From: Alphaproteobacteria bacterium
GTDB lineage: Bacteria; Pseudomonadota; Alphaproteobacteria; TMED109
Reading direction: 5' to 3'
Length of the DNA stretch: 64,000 bases
Assembly (NCBI GenBank): GCA_022825235.1
Contig: JAJDYI010000016.1
Location: 3,365 to 67,364, forward strand
Part shown: positions 55,135-64,000 of the stretch, piece after piece
How the letters are laid out: the number at the start of each line of letters is the position of its first letter
Position numbering within the stretch: position 1 is the first letter of the stretch
Position numbers and translations under genes: made by a program
Notes under the pieces: model-generated
What the model saw: the letters and a program-made list of their open reading frames with translations, nothing else
The model's database searches: none
Told to the model about the DNA's origin: nothing

Positions 55135-58100
55135 TCACGGCCGGAACTGCAGCGGGCGGGGCGCGAGCCGGGCGGGGTGCTTGAGCACCCGCCACACGGT
55201 CTCCAGCCACTCGCACACCAACTGCCGCGTGTCCCGCGGGTCGATCATTTCCTCCATCTGGAACTTCGACAACGGCCCTACGGGGCCGCGCACACTCTCG
55301 ATCCGGGCTGCCAGCTCCTCGCGAAAGGCGGCCGGATCGGCGGCCTCCGCCAACTGGCGCTTGTAGGCTGCCTCGATCCCGCCCTCCGGAGGAATGCCGC
55401 CGACGTCCGCCGCCGGCCAGGCCACGCGGACGGACGGGTGGACGTTGGGGGTCGCATAGTTGTTGCCCGCTACTCCGAAGCTGCGCCGCATGATCACCGT
55501 GAAGATCGGCACCTGTACCTGCGCGAAGGCCACCATCCACTCACCGCCACGCCGGATCGCGCCCTTGATCTCATGCTCGAGGCCGACGGCAAAGCCGGGA
55601 TTGTCCACGAGATTCAGGACCGGCAGGTGGAAGAGGTCGCAGAGGTCCAGATGGCGGCGCAGCTTGCTGCACCCGTCGGCCGTCAGCGCGCCGCCGTTGG
55701 CGTGCTGGCTGTCCGAGCCGATCACTCCCATCGGATACCCGTTGAAGCGCACGAAGCCGGTGACCTGATCGGTCCCCCACAGGGGCCCGATCTCGAAGAA
55801 GGACCGCTTGTCCGCCAGCAGCCGGATCGCCTGCCGCAGGTCGAACATCGCCGTGCGCTTGCGCGGGACGATCGTGAAGAGCTCCTCCTCGCGGCGGTCG
55901 GGCGGATCCCGGGGATCCGGAGCCTGCACCGGCGGCGGCTCGAACACGCTGGAAGGAAGATAGGACAGGAACCGCCGCGTCAGCGCGGCGGCTTCCTCCT
56001 CGGTCTCGGCCAGATTGTCGACGGACCCGTTCCGGCAATGGATATGCCAGCCACCCAAATCCTCCTTGGTGATGTCGTACCCCATCGCGTGCCGCACGAC
56101 CGGCGGCCCGGCGACGAACAGCTGCGCAAGGTCGCGCACCATCACGGAGAAATGGCCGAGCACGGCCTTGGCAGCGCCGATGCCAACCACACTGCCCAGC
56201 AGCATGTTGACCACGGGCACCGTCGCCAGCTGCTCCGTGTACAGCGAGCTGCCGAGATGGCCGGGCAGGTACGAGCCGCCGCCGCCCGCCACCCGGGGCT
56301 GTCCGGCCTGGATGGCGCCGCTGCTCTCCTGCGCGCTGCTTTCGCCGGCCTGCTGCTGCGCCGGCACCATGGCGGCCACGCTGCCGCCCCCGGAGGACCC
56401 GTCCAGCAGGCGGACCGACGGAACCCGCAGCTGCAGCGACAGCTTGTCGAGGTGGTGGCTCTTGGCGGCAATGGCGCCGTCGGCGTGGCCGCCACGCGAG
56501 GTGAAGTCGTCCGCACACACCACCGCGGAACGATTCCCGATCTTGCCCCACCCGCCGACGTGGCTGGCCGGCGTAAAGGCGGCGACGGACCCGTCGTCGC
56601 CATATGACGGAAAGCCTGCCACGCTGCCGATTTCCCGGAACGTACCGTCGTCCAGCAGCAGATCGATGCGTTCGCGGCAGGTCAACTTGCCGCGTGCCCG
56701 CTGGCGCACGACCCCGGGATCCTCCGATCCCGGGGCCAGCCGGCGCATCGCCAGATCCTTCATGGCGGCCACCTCGCGCAGCTGCGGCCCCCAGGTGTTC
56801 GCGTCGGCCAGGCCGACCGGCCGCGCTGCGTCGTCGCCGTCGACCGGCGTGATGACGGCAACCACCTCCCCGGTCCCGACGTGATCCCCCGGCTGCAGGG
56901 CCCGCACCGCTGCGACAATCCCGGCACACGGGGCACTGACCTGCGCTTCCATCTTCATCGCACTCACGATCAGCAACGCCTCCCCGACCGCGACGCGGTC
57001 GCCCTCACGGACTCGCAACTCCGTGACCGAACCGGCCATCGCGCACGTAACAGGCCGCTGGCCGGCGCCGACCGGCAGGGCCGGCACCGCAGGTTCCCGC
57101 GCCGATCCTGCGGTGCCGGCCGGCGACAGGCCGGCCAGGGTCGCCTGCTGGCGCAGCAAGTCCAGGATCCCGCCGTTCCCGCCGGAGACCGCCGGGGCCA
57201 GCAGTGCCGGCGCTTCTTCCAGCAGCGTGGTCCTGGCATCGCCGGCGCGCACCGCCGGGTGGGCCAGGATCGCCTGCAGTTGCGGCAGATTGGTGGCCAG
57301 GCCGCCGACATGGAATTCGTCCAGCGCCTGGCGCGTCCGGTCGAGCGCGGCCTGGAACGACGCGGCGGCAGCATGTCCTGCCGGCCGGCGGGCGGCGGTG
57401 CCGATGACCTTGGCCAGCAGTGGATCGAATTGCGGGGGCGGCGCGTATCCCAGGTAGCCGCATGCATCGACCCGCACGCCCGGTCCGGCGGGTTCCTTGT
57501 AGGCGCTGATGGCACCGGTCCCCCGGGCGACCACCCGCGCTTGCACGGCATACCCGCGCGGTAGCCCGACCGCGGACTGGCCGTCCAGCCCGAGCGCGGC
57601 AAGCGTGGCGCCGCCGGCAATCGCGAACTGGGCCTCCACCAGATCCACGCCCGTCACCTGCTCGGTAATCGTGTGCTCAACCTGGAGGCGCGGATTGCAT
57701 TCGATGAAGTAGTGGTCCCCGGTGTCCGGGGACACGAGGAACTCGACGGTACCGGCATTGACGAAGTCCGCCGCGCGTGCGAGGGCAACCGCGTCGGCGA
57801 ACAGCCGCTCCCGCACGGCCGGGTCGAGGCCGGGCGCCGGGGCGCATTCCACGACCTTCTGATGGCGCAGCTGGATCGAGCAGTCGCGCTCGTGCAGGTG
57901 GATGACCGCCCCGTGGGCGTCGGCGAGGATCTGCACCTCGATGTGCCGCGGCCGGTCGACCAGCTTCTCGAGGAACAGGGCACCGGCGCCGAAGGCCGCC
58001 GCTGCCTCGCCCCGGCATCGCTCGAACGCCTCGGCCATGCCGTCCGGCGTCCGCACGGCGCGCATGCCGCGCCCCCCGCCCCCGAAGGCGGCCTTGAGCA

Positions 58101-58575
58101 TGACCGGGTAGCCCAAGTCGGCGGCGACCGCGAGGGCGTCGTCTTCCGATGCGACCTCGGTACCGGCACCCGGGACGACGCGAATGCCAAGCGATTCAGC
58201 GAGGGTACGGGCCCGGACCTTGTCGCCAAACAGTGCCAGCACGGGCGGCGGTGGGCCGAGGAAGGCCAGCCCCGCGTCGGCGCAGGCCCGGGCGAACTCC
58301 GCGTTCTCCGCCAGAAAGCCGTAGCCGGGATGGATGCAGTCGCAGCCGGTCTCGCGAGCTGTGCGGATGATCGCATCGGCATCCAGGTAGGCGCGCACCG
58401 GATCGGCGGCCGTGCCGATCTCCCGGGCCTCGGACACCGCGCGGGTGTGGAGGGACAACGCATCGGCCGGCGCGTACACACCGACGGATTCGATGCCGAG
58501 CGCCGACGCCGCCTTGGCGATGCGCACGGCGATCTCGCCGCGGTTGCTCACGAGCACCCGCTGAAACTGATGCAT
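55135..58575 (-). CDS. Single-chain multi-domain biotin-dependent acyl-CoA carboxylase (BC - BCCP - CT fusion, LCC-like)
   Basis: From the ATG at 58575: MHQFQRVLVSNRGEIAVRIAKAA (biotin carboxylase), an ATP-grasp region, the biotinyl site EALLIVSAMKMEAQV, and then a roughly 530-aa carboxyltransferase region (GGHADGAIAAKSHHLDKL..., LNLVDNPGF). In total about 1146 aa. Confidence 0.8.
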   Translation of the reverse strand: MHQFQRVLVSNRGEIAVRIAKAASALGIESVGVYAPADALSLHTRAVSEAREIGTAADPVRAYLDADAIIRTARETGCDCIHPGYGFLAENAEFARACADAGLAFLGPPPPVLALFGDKVRARTLAESLGIRVVPGAGTEVASEDDALAVAADLGYPVMLKAAFGGGGRGMRAVRTPDGMAEAFERCRGEAAAAFGAGALFLEKLVDRPRHIEVQILADAHGAVIHLHERDCSIQLRHQKVVECAPAPGLDPAVRERLFADAVALARAADFVNAGTVEFLVSPDTGDHYFIECNPRLQVEHTITEQVTGVDLVEAQFAIAGGATLAALGLDGQSAVGLPRGYAVQARVVARGTGAISAYKEPAGPGVRVDACGYLGYAPPPQFDPLLAKVIGTAARRPAGHAAAASFQAALDRTRQALDEFHVGGLATNLPQLQAILAHPAVRAGDARTTLLEEAPALLAPAVSGGNGGILDLLRQQATLAGLSPAGTAGSAREPAVPALPVGAGQRPVTCAMAGSVTELRVREGDRVAVGEALLIVSAMKMEAQVSAPCAGIVAAVRALQPGDHVGTGEVVAVITPVDGDDAARPVGLADANTWGPQLREVAAMKDLAMRRLAPGSEDPGVVRQRARGKLTCRERIDLLLDDGTFREIGSVAGFPSYGDDGSVAAFTPASHVGGWGKIGNRSAVVCADDFTSRGGHADGAIAAKSHHLDKLSLQLRVPSVRLLDGSSGGGSVAAMVPAQQQAGESSAQESSGAIQAGQPRVAGGGGSYLPGHLGSSLYTEQLATVPVVNMLLGSVVGIGAAKAVLGHFSVMVRDLAQLFVAGPPVVRHAMGYDITKEDLGGWHIHCRNGSVDNLAETEEEAAALTRRFLSYLPSSVFEPPPVQAPDPRDPPDRREEELFTIVPRKRTAMFDLRQAIRLLADKRSFFEIGPLWGTDQVTGFVRFNGYPMGVIGSDSQHANGGALTADGCSKLRRHLDLCDLFHLPVLNLVDNPGFAVGLEHEIKGAIRRGGEWMVAFAQVQVPIFTVIMRRSFGVAGNNYATPNVHPSVRVAWPAADVGGIPPEGGIEAAYKRQLAEAADPAAFREELAARIESVRGPVGPLSKFQMEEMIDPRDTRQLVCEWLETVWRVLKHPARLAPRPLQFRP

Positions 58576-58843
58576 GGCGAATCCGCTGCCCGCGGCAGCG
58601 TCCTTGACCTCTACGGAGCACACCACCATGTCAAGGCCAGGAAACGACACACAAAGCCGGCTCAGGCGCGATGGTGACAGGCCCACAGGCTAACCTAAAG
58701 GAAACCGCACACTCCACGGGCTGGCCGGACCGCCAATCCGCCTGGCCACGAACGGGTGCGTGCGCGTTCGAAAGCGCCCGGCCCGTTTGTTAGCCTGCGT
58801 GCCGATTCTCGCCCGACGCCCGGTGCCTGCCCGCTCCCTGCCC

Positions 58844-59704
58844 ATGCCGTCCGTTCCCGCACGTCGCGCCGCTGCCGTCGCACTGCTCGCCCTGGCCGCC
58901 TTGCACGTGCCCGCGGGAGCCGCCGTGGCGGCGCCCAGCGCCGATCCCTGGCCCCGTTGGGAGGCACACGCGGCCGGATCGGAGCTGGCCGTGGACCACG
59001 ACCCGTGGGATGCGATTCTTGCCGAGGTCGTCCGCCTAGGTGACGACGGTGTAGCCCGCGTGGATTACCCGGCCCTGACCGAGGACCCGCTCCGCGGCCG
59101 GCTGGACGCGTATCTCGCGCGGCTCGCCGCCACCCCCGTCTCCCGGCTCGATCGCCCCGAGCAGCAGGCGTTCTGGATCAATCTCTACAATGCGCTCACC
59201 CTGCAGGTCATTCGGGATCACTACCCGGTCGAGAGCATCCAGGACGTCGATATTTCCCCCGGCCTGTTCTCCAACGGGCCATGGGGAGCCGAACTGATCA
59301 TGGTCGAGAACGAGGACCTGACACTCGACGACGTCGAACATCGAATCCTGCGCCCGCTATGGATGGATCCCCGCATTCACTATGCGCTCAACTGTGCATC
59401 GATCGGGTGCCCGAACCTGCAGGGCAGGGCCTGGCGCGCGGCGACGCTCGACGCCGATCTCGACGCGGCCGCCACCGCCTACGTGAACCATGCCAGGGGC
59501 TTCACCACCGAGGGCAGCGACGTGATCGTGTCGAGCATCTACGACTGGTTCATCGCCGACTTCGGCGGCGACGACGATGGCGTGCTCCACCACCTCGCCC
59601 GGTACGCCGACCCGGAACGACAGGCGCTTCTCCGGGCCGCCAACGGGATCGACGACCACCAGTACGACTGGGCCCTGAACGACTTGGCGGGGACTGCGCC
59701 GTGA
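58844..59704 (+). CDS. DUF547 domain-containing exported protein
   Basis: From the ATG at 58844 with a signal peptide (AAAVALLALAALHVPAGAAVA): FWINLYNALTLQVIRDHYP, HYALNCASIGCPNL and YDWFIADFGG. Confidence 0.75.
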   Translation: MPSVPARRAAAVALLALAALHVPAGAAVAAPSADPWPRWEAHAAGSELAVDHDPWDAILAEVVRLGDDGVARVDYPALTEDPLRGRLDAYLARLAATPVSRLDRPEQQAFWINLYNALTLQVIRDHYPVESIQDVDISPGLFSNGPWGAELIMVENEDLTLDDVEHRILRPLWMDPRIHYALNCASIGCPNLQGRAWRAATLDADLDAAATAYVNHARGFTTEGSDVIVSSIYDWFIADFGGDDDGVLHHLARYADPERQALLRAANGIDDHQYDWALNDLAGTAP

Positions 59705-60441
59705 CCGGCAAACCCGCCGCACGCCGGGCTGGCGTACGGCGCTGGCTGCCCCTGGCCGCCATCGTCGTGCTCATCATCGCGGCCTTTGCCTCTGGCGCTC
59801 ATGAACACGTCACGCTGACCGCGCTGCGCGAAAACCGCGATTGGCTCGAAACGCAGGTCGCCGCGAGTCTCGGCCTCGCAGCTGCCGCCTACATCGTGCT
59901 CTACGCGGTCGCCACTGCCGCCTCCCTACCGACCGGCACCGTGCTGACCCTCACGGGCGGCTTCCTGTTCGGGCCATGGATCGGCGCGGTCCTGACCGTG
60001 ACCGGCGCCACCATCGGCGCCATCGGCATCTTCCTCGCCGCTAGCACCGCGCTCGGCAATACGCTGAAGGCCAGGCTCGAACAGTCAGGCGGGGCGCTGG
60101 CGGCGATGGAGAAGGGCTTCCGGGAGGATGCCCTGTTCTATCTCCTGTTCCTCCGGCTGACTCCGATCTTCCCGTTCTTCGTGGTCAATCTCGCGCCGGC
60201 GTTCCTCGGGGTGCGCTTGCCGCTCTACGCCTGGACCACCTTCGTCGGCATCTTTCCCGGGACCCTGGTGTACACATTCATCGGGGCCGGGCTTGGCAAG
60301 GCTCTTGAAGGGACGGCAGAGCCGTCGCTGGAGAACCTGGTGTCGACAGAAATCCTGCTCGGCCTCGGCGGCCTCGGCGCCATGTCGCTGCTCGCCGTCG
60401 TCGTCCGCCGCGTCATGCGCCGACGCTCCGGAGGAGCGTGA
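59701..60441 (+). CDS. TVP38/TMEM64 (DedA-related, SNARE-associated) family membrane protein
   Basis: The GTG at 59701 overlaps the DUF547 stop (GTGA): LTLTGGFLFGPWIGAVLTVTGATIGAIGIFL and FLRLTPIFPFFVVNLAPAFLGV. Confidence 0.8.
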   Translation: MTGKPAARRAGVRRWLPLAAIVVLIIAAFASGAHEHVTLTALRENRDWLETQVAASLGLAAAAYIVLYAVATAASLPTGTVLTLTGGFLFGPWIGAVLTVTGATIGAIGIFLAASTALGNTLKARLEQSGGALAAMEKGFREDALFYLLFLRLTPIFPFFVVNLAPAFLGVRLPLYAWTTFVGIFPGTLVYTFIGAGLGKALEGTAEPSLENLVSTEILLGLGGLGAMSLLAVVVRRVMRRRSGGA

Positions 60442-61205
60442 CAGCCGCGCCGGCGGCCGTCGAAGCCCGGGACCTCAGCAAGGAGTTCGACGGGCGCACG
60501 GTCGTTGACCGCATCACCTTCGCCGTACCGCGCGGTACCACCTTCGGCCTGCTCGGCGCCAACGGCGCCGGCAAGACCACCACGATCCTCATGCTGCTCG
60601 GGCTGCTGCGTCCCGACCGCGGGGAGGCGCAGGTGTTGGGTCATGATATGGAGCGCGACCGCTTCCGGGCCCTGCAGCGCGCCAACTTCTCCTCACCGTA
60701 CGTCAGCCTGCCGCACCGGCTGACGGCGAGACAGAATCTGACCGTGTACGGTCGCCTCTACGGCGTCTCCGAAGTGCGCCGCCGCATCGAGGACATCGCC
60801 CGGGAACTGCGGATCGAGGATCTGCTCGACCGCCCGGTGGGCAAGATGAGCGCCGGGCAGAAGACGCGGGTCGGAATCGGCAAGGTCCTTCTCAACGATC
60901 CCGAGGTGCTGTTCCTCGACGAGCCGACAGCGTCGCTGTCACCCGAATCCGCCGCCTGGCTTCGCTCGTTTCTCGGTGCCTACCGGGACCGCACCCGCGC
61001 CACGATCGTCCTCGCCTCGCACAACATGCCGGAGGTGGAGGCGATGTGCGACAGCGTGGCGTTCCTGCAGCAGGGTCGCCTGCTGGAGCAGGGAGCGCCG
61101 CGCGACCTGATCCGCCGGCACGGCAAGCAAACGCTCGAGGAGGTCTTTCTCGAGGTCGCGGAGGGGGACACCGGCCGGCAGCAAGGTCCGGGAGATCTCG
61201 CGTGA
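60438..61205 (+). CDS. ABC-2 type exporter ATP-binding protein
   Basis: The GTG at 60438 overlaps the upstream stop (GTGA): GANGAGKTTTI, MSAGQKTRVGIGKVL and LFLDEPTASL. Confidence 0.85.
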   Translation: MTAAPAAVEARDLSKEFDGRTVVDRITFAVPRGTTFGLLGANGAGKTTTILMLLGLLRPDRGEAQVLGHDMERDRFRALQRANFSSPYVSLPHRLTARQNLTVYGRLYGVSEVRRRIEDIARELRIEDLLDRPVGKMSAGQKTRVGIGKVLLNDPEVLFLDEPTASLSPESAAWLRSFLGAYRDRTRATIVLASHNMPEVEAMCDSVAFLQQGRLLEQGAPRDLIRRHGKQTLEEVFLEVAEGDTGRQQGPGDLA

Positions 61206-61999
61206 AGGCCTCCCTCGGTCGCATCGGGGCCATGATGACCCGGTACATGTACCTCTACCAGGTATCGCCCATCCGCATTCTCGAGCTCGTCTACTGGCCG
61301 ACGTTCAACATGCTGATCTGGGGCTTCATGCAGGAATACCTCCGCTCGGCCACGCATCCGGCCGTATTCGCCGCCAGCTACCTGATCGCAGCGGTGCTGC
61401 TGTGGGACGTCCTGTTCCGCAGCCAGCTGGGCCTGACGTTGGGATTCGTCGAGGAGATGTGGGCACGCAATCTCGGGCACCTCGCGGTCAGTCCGCTGCG
61501 TCCCCTGGAATTCGTGGGCGCCCTGATCGCGACGAGCCTGATCCGGACGCTCGTCGCGGTCGGCGGGGCGGGTTTCCTGGCCACGCTGTTCTTCGGCTTC
61601 AACGCGCTGGAACTCGGTTTCGGTCTGGCCCTGTTCTTTCTCAACCTGGTCATCATGGGATGGGGGGTGGGACTGGCCGTGTGCGCCATCCTGCTCCGCT
61701 ACGGCCTGGCGGCGGAAGCACTCGCCTGGGGGGCGCTCTTCGTGCTGCAGCCCCTCTGCGGGGTCTTCTATCCGGTGAGCGTCCTGCCCGACTGGCTGGA
61801 GCCTGTCGCGCGGGCCCTCCCGGCCACCCACGTGTTCGAGGGCATGCGCACGGTCGTTCAGGACGGCCGGCTCGACATCGATCTCCTGGCGCAGGCATTT
61901 CTGCTCAACATCCCGTACGCTCTCGCCGGACTTGCCGCCTTCCTCGGGGCCTATGCTGTGGCCCGCCGCCGAGGCCTCCTTATGGGTACGGGTGAATGA
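61202..61999 (+). CDS. ABC-2 type exporter permease
   Basis: The GTG at 61202 overlaps the ATPase stop (GTGA). The protein has six predicted TM segments (YWPTFNMLIWGF, LIAAVLLWDVLF, LVAVGGAGFLATLFF, and others). Confidence 0.8.
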   Translation: MKASLGRIGAMMTRYMYLYQVSPIRILELVYWPTFNMLIWGFMQEYLRSATHPAVFAASYLIAAVLLWDVLFRSQLGLTLGFVEEMWARNLGHLAVSPLRPLEFVGALIATSLIRTLVAVGGAGFLATLFFGFNALELGFGLALFFLNLVIMGWGVGLAVCAILLRYGLAAEALAWGALFVLQPLCGVFYPVSVLPDWLEPVARALPATHVFEGMRTVVQDGRLDIDLLAQAFLLNIPYALAGLAAFLGAYAVARRRGLLMGTGE

Positions 62000-62640
62000 C
62001 CGAGACCACGACATTCTGGTGGGTGCGGCACGCCCCGGTGGTCGGCTTCGACGGCCGCCGGTACGGGGCGCTCGACGTCGACTGCGACACGTCCGACACG
62101 CTGGCCTTCCAGGCCCTCGCCGCCCTGCTCCCGGCCCGCGCCGTCCTCGTCACGAGCGCCCTCCGCCGGGCCGTCCGGACGGCTTCGGCGCTGGAGCGCG
62201 CAGGCTTCCAACCGGTCGAGCGGCATGAGGATGCCGCCCTCGGGGAGCAGAGTTTCGGCGAATGGCAGGGACAGCCGACCGACGCCGTCGCCCGGGCCGC
62301 CGCGACCGCCGGCGCCGGCCACCGTCACTGGATCGTGGACCCCGAGTACACGCCCCCGGGCGGCGAGAGCTTTCGGGCGCTGGAAGCCCGCGTGATGCGC
62401 TCCGTCCGAGACCTGCTGCGACGATTTCGCGGCCAGGCGCTGGTGGTGGTGTCCCATGGCGGTCCCATCCGGGCCGCCTGCATGCACGGCGAGGGCTGGA
62501 GCCTGGATCGGGCACTCTCCCTCACCATCCGCAACCTGTCGGTCACCCGGATCGATGGCCGCGTCGAAACGCCTGACCGGGAGGTCTGGCAGGTGCGCTG
62601 GACCGGCCGCCTCGGGACGGACCATGGCCAGGTCGCCTGA
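61996..62640 (+). CDS. Histidine phosphatase (phosphoglycerate mutase-like) family protein
   Basis: The ATG overlaps the permease stop (ATGA). It has WWVRHAP (RHG-type catalytic His), ALRRAVRTA and VVVSHGGPIRA. Confidence 0.75.
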   Translation: MTETTTFWWVRHAPVVGFDGRRYGALDVDCDTSDTLAFQALAALLPARAVLVTSALRRAVRTASALERAGFQPVERHEDAALGEQSFGEWQGQPTDAVARAAATAGAGHRHWIVDPEYTPPGGESFRALEARVMRSVRDLLRRFRGQALVVVSHGGPIRAACMHGEGWSLDRALSLTIRNLSVTRIDGRVETPDREVWQVRWTGRLGTDHGQVA

Positions 62641-63265
62641 CGCTCCCCGACGCTGGCCGGTGCGCCGCCGGGTCGCCGCGGCGGGCCTGCTGGCGGCACT
62701 GGTGGTGCTGGGGGCGACCGCGGCCATGCTGCTGGCCGACCGCGGTGACCGGACGGCCGGGACAGCGGCGACGGGGACGGCCGCCATCGGCGGACCCTTC
62801 GCCCTGGCCGCCGCCGACGGCCGGACGGTGACCGACCAGGACCTGCTCGGCCGACCGTTCCTGATCTTCTTCGGTTTCGCCTCGTGTCCGGACGTGTGTC
62901 CCGCCACCCTCGCGACGGTGGGAACGGCGCTCGAGGCGCTGACGGGTCATGAGCGGATCGAGGCACTGTTCGTGACGCTCGACCCCGAACGCGACACGCC
63001 GGAAACGGCCGGGCAGTACGCCGCCGCCTTCCATCCGGACATCATCGGGCTCGGCGGCACCCGGGCCCAGATTGACGATGCCGCCAGCGCGTACCGCGTG
63101 TACTCGGCGCGCGTGCCGCTGGAGGACTCGGCGCTCGGCTACACGATCGACCACTCGGCCTTCGTCTACCTGATGGGGGCCGACGGGACCTACCGGCAGC
63201 ACTTCTCGCACGCCGCGGCCGCATCGGAGATCACGCAGGCGGTGCTGGCGGAACTCGAACGCTGA
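62624..63265 (+). CDS. SCO1/SenC-family copper chaperone / thiol-disulfide oxidoreductase
   Basis: From the ATG at 62624 with a TM anchor: FLIFFGFASCPDVCPATL (CxxxC) and DHSAFVYLMGADG (conserved His). Confidence 0.85.
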   Translation: MARSPDAPRRWPVRRRVAAAGLLAALVVLGATAAMLLADRGDRTAGTAATGTAAIGGPFALAAADGRTVTDQDLLGRPFLIFFGFASCPDVCPATLATVGTALEALTGHERIEALFVTLDPERDTPETAGQYAAAFHPDIIGLGGTRAQIDDAASAYRVYSARVPLEDSALGYTIDHSAFVYLMGADGTYRQHFSHAAAASEITQAVLAELER

Positions 63266-63353
63266 TCGACCCGTCCCGATGCCTCCGCCGGGCCGGTGCC
63301 TGTCCGGCGGCCGTGATCCGGGCCGGCGAGCCGGCTCCAAGCCGCGTGTCCGC

Positions 63354-63929
63354 ATGATTCGTCCGGGGTGGCGGTGGCTGCCGGTGGCCGGACTGGCGCT
63401 CATGCTCCAGGCGGGGGCGGCCGGAGCCCAGAACGCCACCCCTGACGGACTGTCCCATCCCACCGTGTACGAGGCCCGTTCGCTCGGGATTCACCTCGGG
63501 GAATTCTGGGTCCGCGAGCCCGCCACCGGTGCCAGCGTTACTGCCGGCTACTTCCATCTCGAGAACCGATCGGACGCGACGATTCGCCTGACCGGCATCG
63601 ATTCGCCGGTGGCCGAGGCCGTGGAACTTCACGACCTTGTCGCGGACGCCGGCGGGGTCATGCGGATGCGCCCGCTGACGTCCGGGCTGATCATCCCGCC
63701 GGGCGGCGCGGAGGTACTCGAGCCCGGCGGCCGGCATGTCATGCTGATCGGCCTCCGCCAGGCGCTGACAACCGATTCGGTCGTGCCGTTGACGCTGCAT
63801 TTCGCCGACGGGCTCGCCGTCGAAGTGAAGGCGCCGGTGCACCCGGCCAGCCGCGCCCAACCCTCCCAGGGAGCCGGCAGCGCGCGCGAACACTCCCATG
63901 ACTACCCTGACGAGGAACACCACGAATGA
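63354..63929 (+). CDS. Periplasmic copper chaperone PCu(A)C (DUF461)
   Basis: From the ATG at 63354 with a signal peptide: AGYFHLENRSD, AVELHDLV, GVMRMRPL (H(M)x10Mx21HxM-type context) and GGRHVMLIGL. Confidence 0.85.
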   Translation: MIRPGWRWLPVAGLALMLQAGAAGAQNATPDGLSHPTVYEARSLGIHLGEFWVREPATGASVTAGYFHLENRSDATIRLTGIDSPVAEAVELHDLVADAGGVMRMRPLTSGLIIPPGGAEVLEPGGRHVMLIGLRQALTTDSVVPLTLHFADGLAVEVKAPVHPASRAQPSQGAGSAREHSHDYPDEEHHE

Positions 63930-64000
63930 AGGCTACCGCTCTCAAGGGGGACGAAGCGCCCGCCCACGTGAAACCGGCCGCGCCGCAGCCGCCGGCCGAC
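63926..64000 (+). CDS. Start of an unidentified ORF, translationally coupled to PCu(A)C, cut by the window end
   Basis: The ATG at 63926 overlaps the PCu(A)C stop (ATGA): MKATALKGDEAPAHVKPAAPQPPAD... This is too short to assign. Confidence 0.3.
   Translation, partial: MKATALKGDEAPAHVKPAAPQPPAD

Noticed and set aside
1-64000. CRISPR arrays, tandem or interspersed repeats, rRNA, IS elements.
   Set aside because: I noticed none on reading through. A proper repeat finder could still detect short dispersed repeats that I cannot see by eye.

Overview
This is a visibly GC-rich (roughly two-thirds G+C by eye, not computed) bacterial chromosomal segment. Gene content and synteny look alphaproteobacterial: glnD-murJ-trpS, and rpmH-rnpA-yidD-yidC-engB-argB-HAD-dapD. 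I support about 60 genes, all from reading the translations for motifs; no database search was run. The many long Arg/Pro/Gly-rich ORFs in the track are antisense artefacts of the high GC. Layout: (1) 1-8.3 kb holds an aromatic-acid catabolism block (TRAP receptor, PaaK-like ligase, FAH hydrolase, LigB-type dioxygenase, a 5'-truncated aldehyde dehydrogenase remnant), then ggt and an orphan ABC binding protein. (2) 8.7-9.4 kb is a VapBC-type toxin-antitoxin pair. (3) 9.5-23.9 kb is mostly core genes (BNR propeller, TIGR02186-like + TauE pair, trpS, murJ, glnD, mutS, ppk2, NIPSNAP, ogt, TrmH-family methyltransferase). (4) 24-33.3 kb holds three Fe(II)/2-oxoglutarate-type oxygenases around tRNA-Ser(GGA), a DsbA-like isomerase, a TonB-dependent receptor and cystathionine beta-synthase. 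(5) 33.9-47.0 kb is the most interesting part, a composite zinc-starvation (Zur) island. It contains a COG0523 paralog with a degenerate GTPase site but an intact CxCC motif, and a Tat-signal cyclase-family protein whose first two canonical metal-binding His are Gln, sitting behind a consensus promoter overlapped by an AT-rich palindrome. It also contains a signal-less WD40 propeller, a canonical COG0523 GTPase with a ~125-aa insertion, znuCBA preceded by an unlisted 44-aa membrane ORF, a DUF2796/MacB-type ABC/DUF3299 module (ZrgABCD / PA4063-4066-like), and zur. (6) 47.5-64 kb holds an NDUFA9-like SDR, SRAP, the dapD-to-rpmH core block, a single-chain BC-BCCP-CT acyl-CoA carboxylase, and a chain of translationally coupled genes (DUF547, TVP38, ABC-2 exporter, histidine phosphatase, SCO, PCuAC). 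I saw no CRISPR array, rRNA, transposase or integrase.
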